DNA of 63,032 nucleotides, counting the filler, from Reticulomyxa filosa (lineage: Eukaryota; Protista; Foraminifera): NCBI GenBank assembly GCA_000512085.1. It is 22 parts of 22 records of this genome, joined end to end, with 100 filler letters (N's around TTAATTAATTAA, not from the genome) between each part and the next. Parts side by side here need not be neighbours in the genome. Positions count along the whole stretch, not along the records: positions 1 to 21,730 come from ASPP01015063.1; 21 more parts are not named here. The stretch is one strand, 5' to 3'. The notes under the pieces are model-generated. The model did not search any database. It saw only the letters and a list, made by a program, of their open reading frames with translations, and had not been told where the DNA came from. Each line of letters opens with the position of its first letter. Position 1 is the stretch's first letter. Positions 1 through 12,577 of this stretch are shown in pieces. A program made the position numbers and the translations under genes.

Positions 1-1041
1 TTTGTTTGCAAATGATCCTGTTTTTGACCTTCTCATTCGATGGACCTTTTGTGTATGTTTGCCGCCTTTTTTTAAAAAAAAAAAAGACACGTTTGTGTTG
101 TCAATGGAAAGCATAGGCTTTGGTTGAGAGCGAGTGCATCACGCACACAAAACTGGAGCATCACGATTGGTCTCAATGAGTAACCGTTCCATCGCTTTAT
201 GAGCCTCGACGACACATTCGTCATACTCGGGCCTGTCTGGTAACAACACCGGCACTTCATCTCGTAGTCTTTTGCCTAATTTACGATCATATAAAGTCAC
301 GCGTTCACGTGCAAGCAAGTCCCTACATTTTGAAAATGTATACACTTATATTGTACATATGTGTATTTACTATTTCAAGTATTCAACACAAAATAACAAT
401 GACAATTGCTTTCAATATGTATTCAAAACAGTCATTTCAAAAAACGTAACACTCGATGAGAATCAATTCCAAACCAACGCACTGGTACAGCATATGGATA
501 TCCACCGTCTTTATACCCTTCCTCAAACTCTACCTACCATTCAATTTGTTATTGTTATTGTTATTGTTGTTATTGCCCCTTTCCAAGTTTCTTTCAATCA
601 AAACAATTGTATTGCGAAAGAGCGTTGAAAGAAATGAAATGTTCACTTTCACAAATAGTTTGATCAGGATGGAATTTTTGCAAAAAAATAAAATAAAAAA
701 TAAAAAAATTAATTGGTTTTTCTTTTTCTTTTTTTTTTTTTTAAAAGAAGAAATGGCATATGATGATGACGATGCAAAACTTGAGCAGGCCACCACGGAA
801 AATCTTCCAGCCTTGCCCACACAACGTCACCAGTGCGATATCTAGCATCCAAATCTCCTTCAAAGTTTCTTCGTGTTTTTTTACTTCGGCGAGGTTGTCG
901 ACGTAATAAACCATGGACACTGTTTTGGTCGCCTTTCTTGCGGGAATTCCCATTATTTTTGTCATCAGATGATTTTTTTGTTGGATTGCCAATGCTATGA
1001 TCACTTTTGTAGCCCTCCTCACGAGGAGAGTCGTCTGACAT
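1..1041 (-). CDS. PWWP-domain chromatin reader, multi-exon, 3' end runs off the window
   Basis: Exon 1 encodes YRTGDVVWARLEDFPWWPAQ (PWWP signature). A GT-AG splice to ~538-455 gives VEFEEGYKDGGYPYAVPVRWFG. The next exon (~324-150) gives the helical part DLLARERVTLYD...YDECVVEA. Confidence 0.8.
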
Positions 1042-1716
1042 TGTTATTATTTTTATTAATTGTGTTTGGTCTATTCTTCGAACAGTCTTGTTCCTGAGTT
1101 GAACTAATCTTTCCTATTATGAAACAATGTTGTTATTCAAAACAATACATTATTTCTCTTGAAGCATTCCAGATCAAGTTAGTTAAAAAAAAAAATCAAC
1201 TCGTGATGATAATTTGCCAGATTGGAACCGCTGATGACGTTCCAAAAAATTTTTCTGTCTAAAAACGCACTAAGCTTAACAACATAGAAGAACAGTTGTT
1301 TACGTAAAGAAATCATATCTATTGCTTGCTCACGAGGATAAGATTATTATAATTGCTAATATCCAAAAAATAGGATTATCTATAAGTGCCGAGATTGTTC
1401 CTCTGTGGGACGAGTTTCGGGCCATACACAATTGGCCATATCACATTTTACAAATAAAATTTTTTCACAAAAAAAGGCAGCTCAAAAAACCAACACCAAA
1501 ACTGAAATGTATTGGAGTCAATCAAAGGTTTGCCATTCTTTGTAAAGCCTTAAAAAAAATCAAAATGAAAGCCAACAATTGTGTTGGATTGAACCTTTCA
1601 AGGTGTTGAATAATCCCATTAAAAAAAAAATTCTGTGTCACTTTATAAAAAAAATAAAGTAAAAAATAAAAACCTCTTTTCAATTTTGTGCGTGTATCGG
1701 ATGATGCCCAAGAAAC

Positions 1717-2770
1717 TTATTCCTGAGTCTCCTCTGCATTATTTTCTTGTTGACCAATGCCCAAGATTCGCAACTTTTCTGTGAATACTGAGTCTTTCAA
1801 CAAAGGATGAATCAAATACGAACAGTACTGAATGAAATGAGGTAAATCAAATTCGGTGGTGCTCTCAAAGAATTTGTTCGCTTTTGCTTGCTGTTTGTGT
1901 ATTATTCAAGTCAACAGCAAAACAACAGTAAACAATTATGTCTGCAATGCAATACTTAAAAAAAAAAAAAAAAAAATACCAATACGTATACCCTTGATAG
2001 AGAAAAAAAGGGACAAACAAAGCAAGCAAATATGCAGTTTAACTTGTTCTTCGTCGGACAAAAATACAGCAGGTAAATTTAAGTTTGCAATGGCTTCTTT
2101 TCAAGTTTTCCAGTATTTGTTGCATCATGCTTTTCGAATATCTCGATCACTTTCTTTTGCTGGAAATCTCCAACAAAGGTAGCATGATCACCTCGTTCCA
2201 AGTGAAACACGATTGTTGGGGTTGGTTTGCCCCACGCTAACGTGTTGCCATGTCTGGCAAAGTTTGGACTTATGTTCATATTTGTCGCAATTCTTGTCAC
2301 TTTCGCAACTTTTTGGCGTTTTAAAAACTCCACCAATTCACAGGCAATCGAAATATCTTTTTTTTTTCCCATCCCGTCACATGTTTTGTGTTGTGTTTGT
2401 GAATCAGCCCCTCTCCCCTCTCCCTCCTTCGTCGCTACAACGCACAGAAATTTCGGCAACTTTTTTGACATATTTCTTACTGTCAGTGGTCCTTCCCCCC
2501 CCTAAAAAAAAAGCAAAGGCAAGTACCTCGATCAACTCCGGTGACTGTCAATGTTTCGTCACTTCTGAGGATTTTACGCGCTTGCTTGACAAGGTGATTC
2601 AATCGATTATATCTGCGTCGAGCGTTTTGGTTGATTATCAATCGATTGAACGGCTTTCTCGTGTAAATACTGTCCTCATTGGATCTCTTTTCTTGATCCT
2701 TGCTGGAGCTTTCTGGCTCTTGTGGAGTTTTTGTCTCTGGTTTCACTTCAACAGTTGATTCAGTGGCCAT
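1717..2770 (-). CDS. Alba-domain nucleic-acid-binding protein with C-terminal EF-hand-like region (3 exons)
   Basis: Splicing intron 2357-2526 gives RLIINQN..NHLVKQARKILRSDETLTVTGVDRDISIACELVEFLKRQKVAKVTRIATNM..PTIVFHLERG, which fits the Alba pattern. It is followed by VIEIFEKHDATNTGKLEK. A probable 1-nt homopolymer frameshift lies near 2097, and the last exon encodes FDLPHFIQYC. The 3' end is approximate. Confidence 0.7.
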
Positions 2771-3196
2771 TCTCTTTTGTATTTATTTTGCGTTGCTCAG
2801 TTTAGTTTTTTTTCCTTGAGCTTTCATTTCGCACATTATTTGAAACATGGTTCTTAACTCAGACTTACACCAACGGCACAAAAAATGAGAGACTTGGTAG
2901 TTAAAGCTCAAAAAGATAAATGGGCAAAGGATTGAACGCGCTTCAAAATTTTGAAGTTAATTTTTCTTCCGTACTGTCGCTGTCCCCTTTCCAGTTAGGC
3001 AACACAAGGACGGCAATCGTTAGTTACTCTTTGCAGAGTCTAGAGATGTACGAGATGAACTGAACATAGTTAGTCCCAAAAAAACGGACATCAGCAACAG
3101 GACCAAAGAAAAAAACAATGCAACATCCAATAAAATAAAAAATTTTAAAAAATTTGCAAAGTGAGATAAAAGCAAAAAAAGAAAAAAAAGTAATCA

Positions 3197-4776
3197 CTAT
3201 TCAGGAATGACTTTCTCCCATCCAGTGCCAACGTGGTCCAAAAGGACAGGGAAGGTGCTTTTATGCAAAGCATCAAGAGGCTGAATTAGCTTTTTTTCTA
3301 ACATTTTCATCATATCCGAAATAACTTTATATTTGACATGTTTGTCGACATCAGCACCACATTTTAGGCTGCAATATCGGTTGAACTCCATCAACCAGCA
3401 TTTGTAATCAGAGTCAACTAAAATATCAATGCCTAATAAATCGAAGCACCTTCCTTTGTTGTTACTAACATTGGGCCCAAAAGCGATTAAATACCCTTCT
3501 TTTAACTTTGGCTGGCCAATTGTAAATAAGTCGGCAATGATCAGTTTGACTTGAGACCAAATGTGCTCACGTGTGACAGAATGGCATTTCAAAAGAAAAG
3601 ACCAAAAATCGTCCAACGACCATTTATGACTCCGAAGTTGATTGGTTTTTTCATCGTATTTTTTATCTTCCTCTGAGATTGAGAGTAAATCACTGGATTC
3701 CTCGTCCGACTTTTTTTTGTTCCTTTTTTTTTTTTTTAACGGATAAGTTGTGTAATGATAATACAATATATAATCGCAAACGCAGAATAAAACAAGACGA
3801 AACTTAATGAAAAAGCAAGGATTCTTTTTATTGATACTAAAATTGGTCAAATGTTGACACATGTCCTTCAAATTGACTTGGTCCGCGTTATACGGGACAG
3901 TCGCGAATCGGACCAGCCCTTGTTGATGGACATACACTTGTAACGGCTCGACTGATGCAATCATCACGTAAATTCTCAAATCAAACTTGTGTTGGGCGAT
4001 TAACAAGGGCTTGTCAATATACTGTTGCACAATGCACTTGTGATTCGGTGCTGATTGATACAGACACACACACGCTTTGTTAGAAACAAATCGACACGGA
4101 TAAACACAAAACTTTGTCGTAAAGCATTGATATGATTAACAATGTGTTGCGAGCTCAAAATACGGATGCCTGACCCTCGTGCTGATCCTTGTGGCTTGAC
4201 TATCCACAAACACTGATTTTTGCCGGATTTCTGAGACACATAGTTTTTCAACAACTCTACGTCTTCTGGTACGACAAACGTGAGCGGATAATAATTGCAG
4301 CCTTCATTTGTACTCGTTGTCAACAATTTATTATTATTATTATTATTATTATTGTTATTGCTATCATTGCTTCTTTTCGCAATTACACTTCTTTTTCGGT
4401 AGTGATTATTTATTAATTTTGTCATGTTGCCTTTATGTGATATGCAGTGTAGCTTTGGAAATCCTCTCACTATCGAGTTGTTAAATACTGCTTTGTTCGC
4501 TGTCTCCCTCCACTCACTTAAATATGTTATTGGTAAAGCCAATACCAACATTTTTTGTTCTTGCTCTTTCTCCTCTCCTGGTTTTTTCGTTGCTATACCT
4601 TTGTTCACAAGACTAAGAATCGATTGTGGCGTTGTGTCGTTCATTACATCCCGACTCGTTACTACTTCAAACTGTTCTGTTAATTCCGAGCAGATGCGAA
4701 GCAAGCCTTTGTCTCTTGTTAATACTGGCTTTTTGAACGTTAACAGCAGCCTTCTTTCAGAGAGAAGAGATGACAT
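3197..4776 (-). CDS. Tubulin-tyrosine ligase-like (TTLL) ATP-grasp enzyme, two short introns
   Basis: Motifs YPLTF, WIVKPQGSARGSGI, QQYIDKPLLI..KFDLRIYV, GLVRFAT, HLTNFSINK, CFDLLGIDIL and WLMEFN. Introns at ~4053-4112 and ~3723-3804. Confidence 0.92.
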
Positions 4777-5135
4777 GACAAATATATATTCAAATTTTTT
4801 TTGAGGAGCTGACTACCAAGGACTCTGTGCACGCAGGACGTGCGCTCGGAATAAACAATGAATTGTTTTCTCGGGCTTTTAAATTATATTTCTACAATTC
4901 GTTTTTATTCAATTTCAGAACATCATTATTTTGGGGAAAAAAACACTAGTTGTAATAAAAATATATTAATTTCCAATTTACGCTAGAACATTACAAGATT
5001 TTGAATTGTAACAAAATTTTGCTTATGATACGCATAGCAAATTTCAATTTTTTTATCGAAAAATTTCTGTATTTCTTTAAAAAAGTGTCAAATATTAAAT
5101 TGAGTAAAAATAATGGCAACAATAACAAAGAATGT

Positions 5136-7237
5136 TTATGCTGTAGTTGCTTGGTTCGTTTTGAGTGAATTTTTATTTTGTGTTTTGTTTATCTTTAAGA
5201 AAGACAAGCCTTTTGAAGTAATGTTGAATGCCTCTTGAGTGTTATTCATGGTTCGATGTGGTGGAAATGAGTGAGTGGATTTACGAACTTCAAAAGTGAC
5301 TGGACAGCCAATTGGTGGTACTTTATTTTGAAAGTCACTTTCATCCTTGGCACTACTGTCATTGGGATCGTTGGTGTCTTTTGGTTGCATTGCGTCAGCT
5401 AAGGCAAATCCAATTTGATTGTATCTTTGATTTTTTGGTGCTTCTACCTTTTTTTTTTTGGTTATGACAATAACAAGGTGGTGATGTTTTGTCAAAAAAA
5501 GTAAGATTGCATGTGTGTGTGTGTGCAAGCATTGAAGTATACATAGACGAACTTCAATCCTTCCAGTTTGTGTTACAGGATCAAAGTTGGCGATCCATCC
5601 ATCGATAGGTTCTCCAGGAAGAGTGAAGGGACAATCAGGAAGAGCGGAGTCGAACAAATGAATCCTAGAGCGCAGATAAGATCCATAGAGTAAGCCTTCG
5701 GCAACAACAGGTTTTCCACCGCCACCGCTGACATTGAACACCCGAGTCATCGTCCCAACTTTTTCATCACGCAACACACTAAACTCAACAAAGTCTCCTG
5801 GAAGTACGTCTTGTCGATTCATTGCCTTATTTTTATGTATTCATGTAATATATTAAAAAAAAAAAAAGTGGTCAAAGTGAGAGGGGGGGAAAAAAAAAAG
5901 ACAAGCAAACAAACAAACATTGGGAGAACTTGAATGTCTTGATAATAAGCAAGAACAGGTGCAGCTCCGTAATTGTTGGGTTTAATAAAAAACCACTCAG
6001 CGGGACGAAAGGGCTTATAGACCTCTCCGACATAGCGAGTGAATTGGGAGACGGACAGCATATCGCGATCGGTGCACAAGGACAGGGGCAGATAATGGTT
6101 GTCGCTATTGTAGCGCAGAACAGTCTGCTGTGGTCCAGAGACATGAATGGCTTGGAGTCGTCCTTGCAGATTGACTTCGTTGGGATTGGCAATTTCAAAC
6201 TCGACATGGGTAAAGCGTCGCAATGCTCGCTTTCCAAAAATGTGGCAATTGTCGATATGCACAAACACTTCTTGTGTGGGGTCGTTAAAAGGGATAATGA
6301 ATCCATACAAGTCATCGTGGTTGTATCTCGAAACGTATCCCTCTTTGCGTTGGAATTGATTATGTTGTGTCATCGTCAAATGTGTGCTGCGATCATTGGT
6401 CCCATATACATTTCCCAACACACGTCGCAAGGTCCCGATTTGCTTTATCTCCCACGTGATCAGTCCGCCTCCTGGACGGGTGATTGCGATGGCTTCTTCG
6501 ACGATTGGCTTTTTCTTTGTTGGCTTCAATTTCTTCACATAAAACTCCACTTCGCTCCATGGCCTCACATGTTCACGTCCAGTGGTCTTTGTGTTTGTGT
6601 TTTGTCGTTTTGTTGTTTTCAACAAATAACGAATTAATGAAAACACAAACATACAAAACTTGGAGTTCAGACGCGTCAAATTCAATGTTTGCACAATACA
6701 ATAAATCTGGCACAATCACACCCCTTTTTTTTGTTTCGTCAAACTCAATAACCATCCCTTTGAATCTCGTCGTCAATGATGACTTGCTTAACATCGACAG
6801 ATGCTTCCTTCTTTTTTCTTTGGGTATCATGTAGTTTTTATGGGAAAAGTCAATCGGGTCACCATTTCTTGCTGCAATGTTACGTGCCAACAATTTATTC
6901 TCTTTGTACTTTTGCGCAGAAAACGATACTTGTTGAAATATTCTTTTTTTAAAAAAAAAAAAGTTCAAGTTATGTGAAGATTGGTCTGTTCCCGTCTGGA
7001 AACAAAGTAAAATAACCTGACCCGAGGGACGTTTATTGAGTAAATCTCCAGTGCATTAAATTGATAAGTATTTTCAGGTTCGTCGTCTTTTACTGCAAAT
7101 CCACACATATTTTCCAGATTGAAGTAAGCGATATATCCTTCCACTTTTTCTTCTTTGTTCTTCTTTCTTGCCAAGACTGCAAATGAGCGCTTTGCGCCTG
7201 TTACATTTCCATATAATCGAGTTGTAAATCTTAACAT
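5136..7237 (-). CDS. Multi cold-shock (OB-fold) domain RNA-binding protein with predicted mitochondrial presequence, about 5 exons
   Basis: Five CSD-like units: EGYIAYFN..CGFA; KGMVIEFDETKKRGVI..EVEFYV; EGYVSRYNHDDLYGFI..EVFVHI..VEFEI; GEVYKPF..WFFIKP..PGDFVEFSV; DGWIANFD..TGRI..PVTFEV..AFNIT. The N-terminus MLRFTTRLYGNVTGAKRSFA is basic and has no acidic residues. Confidence 0.8.
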
Positions 7238-7501
7238 CAATTCCTACTTCCTTTGTTTAGGGAGAGGGAATTATGACCTGCTTTATCTCTTCCCCATCAT
7301 AAAAAAAAAACCCCTTTGTTTTCACGACAAAACTAGCTGCCGCGTTTTTAGTCAAAAAAGTCGGTCAATGGCTTGTCACAAAAATTCACCATATTTTTTG
7401 TTTGTGACAACAAATAAGAAATAATTCACAACCAAATACCTTCATTCCGGAGGCCCTTTTTTTGTCCTGCCCACAAGTAATAATTTTTATTGTAGAAGGA
7501 C

Positions 7502-8636
7502 ATGAAACCTACAAGACTCACACTTGATGTGGCTCCAATGGATCCACTCGATCCGTCAATATTTCCGCTTCCAGCAAACAAGTTATGCATGACACGTGCT
7601 AAACTAGCTTGTTTAGCGTTAAAAAATAGGGAATGAAAGTTTAGATTTCAGGTGTTGTTTTCATCTGAACAGATGGATGCCAAATACAGCAGAGTCATGC
7701 AGTGTTTGTAAAGGTTCATTCAATAAAAAATTTTTGAGATCCGGAAAGCATCACTGCCGAAAATGGTAAGACATGTATCTTATCAGTATTATTTCAACCA
7801 AAAGAATGTTGTCACTTTTTTTCTGTTTGCAATTTACTTTCACAAAATATTTCCAAAAAAGCACGTATAATCTCGAATTGAATAACAAAATTTGTTTTGT
7901 TTTGCGTGTGATGTATGTGAAGTGGGATGGTGGTATGCTTAAACTGTTCCAATCATTCGTTGCGAGGTCAACGTGTGTGTCGAACATGTTATGAAGACTA
8001 TTCAAAGTACCGAAGACAAACAATGGCTATGACACAGAGGAGGAATGAAGACAATGACAGCGAAGAAGAAGAAGAAGAAAGCAGTGAGGGTAGTCCACAA
8101 CCAATTGAACGCATGCCGATAGAAGACGAGAAATTTGCAGTACGTGGCAAAGGGATCCATGATAAAAGCAACAATCATGATCAAAGGTTGCAATCAACAG
8201 TGATTCCTATCAATGATAAAACGATACTGTCAGCACCAATGACGGCAACGACAACGAATCAAAGTAATGATTTTAATAATGTGAATGCGAATGCGAATGC
8301 GAAGTGCTACCGTAATCAACAATAATAATAACAGTAATAATGTAGCATCGATATCGGCTTCTTCACTCAAGCAATTGTCGCCACACGAACAAAAACAAGT
8401 AGATATCATTACTTTTAACGATTTGAAAACCCTCGAAGCTACGGCTTCCAATTCACCGCCATGCACACCGTCGGAAAACATACAGCCACAGTTACAATTG
8501 CAATTATCGATAGAATCCCAAGAGCAGCATCAGCAACAGCAGCAAGAGCAAGAGCAAGAGCAAAAGCAAGAACAAAAGCAAGAACAACAAGAAGAACAAA
8601 AACAAGATCAAGAACTTCAATCACAAGTGCAATTGC

Positions 8637-8668
<32 letters not shown>

Positions 8669-9815
8669 GTACAAGTACAATTGGAAACAGCAGGGGTAAC
8701 AAACACAACAGACAACACCGTCTGCGCTGATATAACAGCGATCGTGCCACAAGCGACAGGAATAACAACAATAACGGCGGATGCATCTACGCCCACAACT
8801 CCAAATACGCCGACATTGAAGACAGATGCGAATGTTAGTCTCCGCGTCGACGTAAACGTGAATTCCAATGTCAACACGGACAATAATGTTGCGACGATAT
8901 CGGAGGAGCAAAAACAAGAAGAAGAAAAACAAGAAAGGGAATTGGAGGAAATGAACGAAATCGAAATGAAATCGGAAAGGTTGGTATTTTGGCATGAGAG
9001 CCAAGAGACAATGGAATTGGCCCAATGCATGAATTTGTCGGAGTTATTGCATTTATGGACATTGCATGTGAACAGCGTGAAGGAAAAGTTGGAAACGATA
9101 GACACGGACAAGGAATTGTGGATTGACATTATCGCAAAGCACGAAAAAGACTTGTCCATGTTCAATGAAATGATTTTGAATAACTACGACAATCGCTGGG
9201 AAGAAATGGTCGACAATTGTCAGCGTTTACAAAACGATTTGCAATGGTATAAAAATGAACAAGAGCATCTGCTCCAGCAGGTGCGTGCTAAAGACGAAGA
9301 AGTATGGCGTATGCGTGAATACATTACCCACGAATTGGAGCCGCTTTTGAATGCCGGAGGTCGCGCTCACAGCATTAGTAGCTCCACCGGTGAACATGTC
9401 GCTCCTGCTGCTACAGAGTCGAACTCATTTTCTATCCAAAACTCCGAAATCCAACACTTGTGTCAAGTCTTGACTCAACAATTGCAAGACTTGAAATACG
9501 ACGGATATGGCGATCGACATCCCGCTCTCGACACATGGGATCAACTCTATGCATTTACTTTCTCCAATCGCAGCTCCAAACGAACAACGCAGCCAATCGC
9601 GCTTGCTGCACTCGAGACTGAGTCAGACCCGGAATCGCAACTGGAAATGGACTCTGACTTGGAGACAGACACGGAGACAAAGATAGAAGCGGGGACGTAT
9701 ACTCCTCAGATAAAGATAACACTTGCACATAGCAATGCGGATGAAAGCTCGGCTGAGGAACAGTACACTTTTCCTAGTCCAAACAAAGACAGTGATGGCA
9801 ATATTATTACCACAG

Positions 9816-9846
<31 letters not shown>

Positions 9847-11470
9847 TAGTAGTAGTACGAATTCAAATCACACAAATATCGAACATGCCAATGCGAAAAA
9901 TGCAGAGCACACAATTGAAGCGGGAACAAAAGCACAGGAGAACTCAAATACCAATGGAAGAGTCCCAACAAAAATCCAAACAGCAACCCTAACCCCGACT
10001 CCAACACAAACACAAATGTCAATAAAAACGCCAACAAAAACAAAGACACCGACGTCTGTGCAAACAAAATCGAAAGTAAAACTTATAAGCAATATGAGCA
10101 AATATATGTATGAAAGTTATGCAGGCGTGATAAACGAATGTCGTCAGATGAAACAGTGCGTGATCGACTCGAAACAACAAGTACGCGAAATGAAAACTGA
10201 CTGGAACCGAGAATTGAAAGTGCTGGCAGAAAAGTTTCACAAATTCGAAGACAAGGACCAAGAATTGCGATCGGATAAAATGCGATTTGTAATGTATAAA
10301 GACAAGCTATTGCAAAGTTTAAGCGAATGGGAAAAGCGAATCAGTGAAGAAAGTAATCGATTGGAAAAAATCGAGTATATGTTAAATAACAGAGAGCAAC
10401 AGATAAAGGAAAGACAGACTCAAATCGAAAAAATGGAGCAACAAATGCAATTGAAAAAGGAGGAAATGGACAAATATATGAAAGCATTGGTCAATCAAAG
10501 CTCACAAAAAAATATGGAAATGATGCAGTACATTAACACCAGACAAAATCAAATCAACACTAAGGAATTGTATTTGTTCGAAGAAACAGAAAAATTGAAT
10601 GATTTGAAAAATAATGTGATTTCACAACAAAACATATTGAAAAAAGAGCGCGAATATTGGATTGCTCAAAAAGTCCACAAAGATGAATTTGAAAAAAAAT
10701 TGCTATTGCAACAGCAACAACAACTGCAGACCATTGGAGACGCAGGTAAGGACCAGGACATCAAACTCAGCGATATCAAAAATCTCTATGAAAAACAAAA
10801 AAGTCTATTGGAAAGCAAAATTGAAAGTTTGGAGTTGGAGTTAATCCATTTTCGACTGTTATCCGAAAAGGGAGAACAGTCAGTACAAGAAAAAGCCAAA
10901 CTAATTGAAGAGTTAAAAGCTCAATTGTCCAAATTAAATCATGATCATTTGGATTTGTCTGGCCAATACGAAATACTTCGCAATGAAAGTTATAAAATGA
11001 AACATCAACTTGATTCTCTCACACAAGAACTTACCAATTTTCAAGATGTCCGTAATCAATTACAGTCCAAAGAACAACTATTTCAAAAAGAAAAACTCAA
11101 TTTGCTTGAGTCATTTCACGCCGAAAAAAATATCCTTTTGCAACACAATATGTCTTTGCAAAAACAAATTAACGAACTGACTAGCAACTTGGAATCTTGG
11201 AAACAAGTGAAACAACAAGGAGATAAAGAAACTGGTAAAGAAAAACTTCAACTACATTCTAAATTGAAAAAACCAGATCCAAAAAGTGATCGATTGAACT
11301 CCAATCGCAATGTCAGTACTACTGCTCGTAAATCTGCTCTTGTCCCGCAAACATCTTCTAACAATGTACGAAAAGATGCCCCTCGTCGTAGTGTTGTGGA
11401 ACAAAAGAAGCCACCATCAGAAAAAAAACAGGTCAAATGGGCTAATGACAAAACTCCAACTTCCAAATAA
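7502..11470 (+). CDS. FYVE zinc-finger protein with long low-complexity and coiled-coil C-terminus
   Basis: Removing introns ~7582-7672 and ~7767-7922 gives WMPNTAESCSVCKGSF..GKHHCRKCGMVVCLNCS..RVCRTC, with all eight FYVE cysteines. A 1-nt shift near 8303 links this to the 1061-aa Q/E/K-rich coiled-coil ORF. Confidence 0.82.
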
Positions 11471-12577
11471 ATTTTATAATACACTCACTTTCCTTTTCCT
11501 TTCCCTCTCTCTTTGCGCTACTTTTTTTCTTCTTTTTGTGTTTTTTTTTCCTCTTTTTTTAATAATTATTTTTGCTTTTTTTTTTTTTTGCAGAGCATCC
11601 TTCAATTGTGCGAAGCTTGTTATTCTTTTTTTTTTTTTTCTGTGTTAAATTGTCGATTGGAATCTTTCGGATTGTGTTAACAAAATGTGTGAAGAGAGTA
11701 AGAGGAGTATTTTGACGGGTGTAGCAGTTTTTTTAACAAACTTTTTTTGGAAACAAGTCTGTATTGAATCACAAACCTCAAACTTTTAGCTTTTTTTTTT
11801 GGGACTGTTGAAACAACAAGTTGTGGACTAAGAGTTGTTTTAAATACCCTAAAGAGTCTATAAAATGAAAATCAGATCGAAAGAGAGCATTGATTATTAT
11901 AAATTAAGATTAAATTCTTGTTTGATTTGGAATGTAGTTGTGAAGTTCGACCATCTTGGAATACAAAGTTTGTTGATTAAGTAGTATTCGATTTATTAAT
12001 TTTATTTTAACACTTACCCGATCAGACTGTTTGTTTTAAAGAATAAGATACTGCTCTGGATATGGAAGTAGAAAAATATTTTACATTTTTGTTGTAATAA
12101 TGATGATCACATTTCCATATATCCATCACCAGTACAAATAATTGTACATAAATTAACATATAATCTTCCTTTTAAATTAAATTCATGTGTTTTAATATAT
12201 TTCTACAAACAATATCATTTGCTGATAAGATATACAACAAATAGCATATGTTACTGAATTCTCATTGAATTACGTGTACATTGGTTCCGTTAATCATAAT
12301 AATGACTGAAAAAAGATTTGTGTACTTTTTTGTTTCTGTACCAGTAAGTGGAAACGAAAAGTTTCTGAGCTGTTTGAAGTTGAACTTTCTTTTGAATCCC
12401 CTCAATCCAACGAAGTGTTTGAATAGATTTTTTGGAAAGAAGCATGAACAAAAGTGAAAAAGTTTTGTCGAAGAAAACAAAATAGATTTTTTATAAAAAA
12501 ATTATTTACAAAAAAAAAAGGAGTTCATAAACGCGTTGCAGCTAGACAATCAGTGGGACGACGGAGAAACAGAAAAA

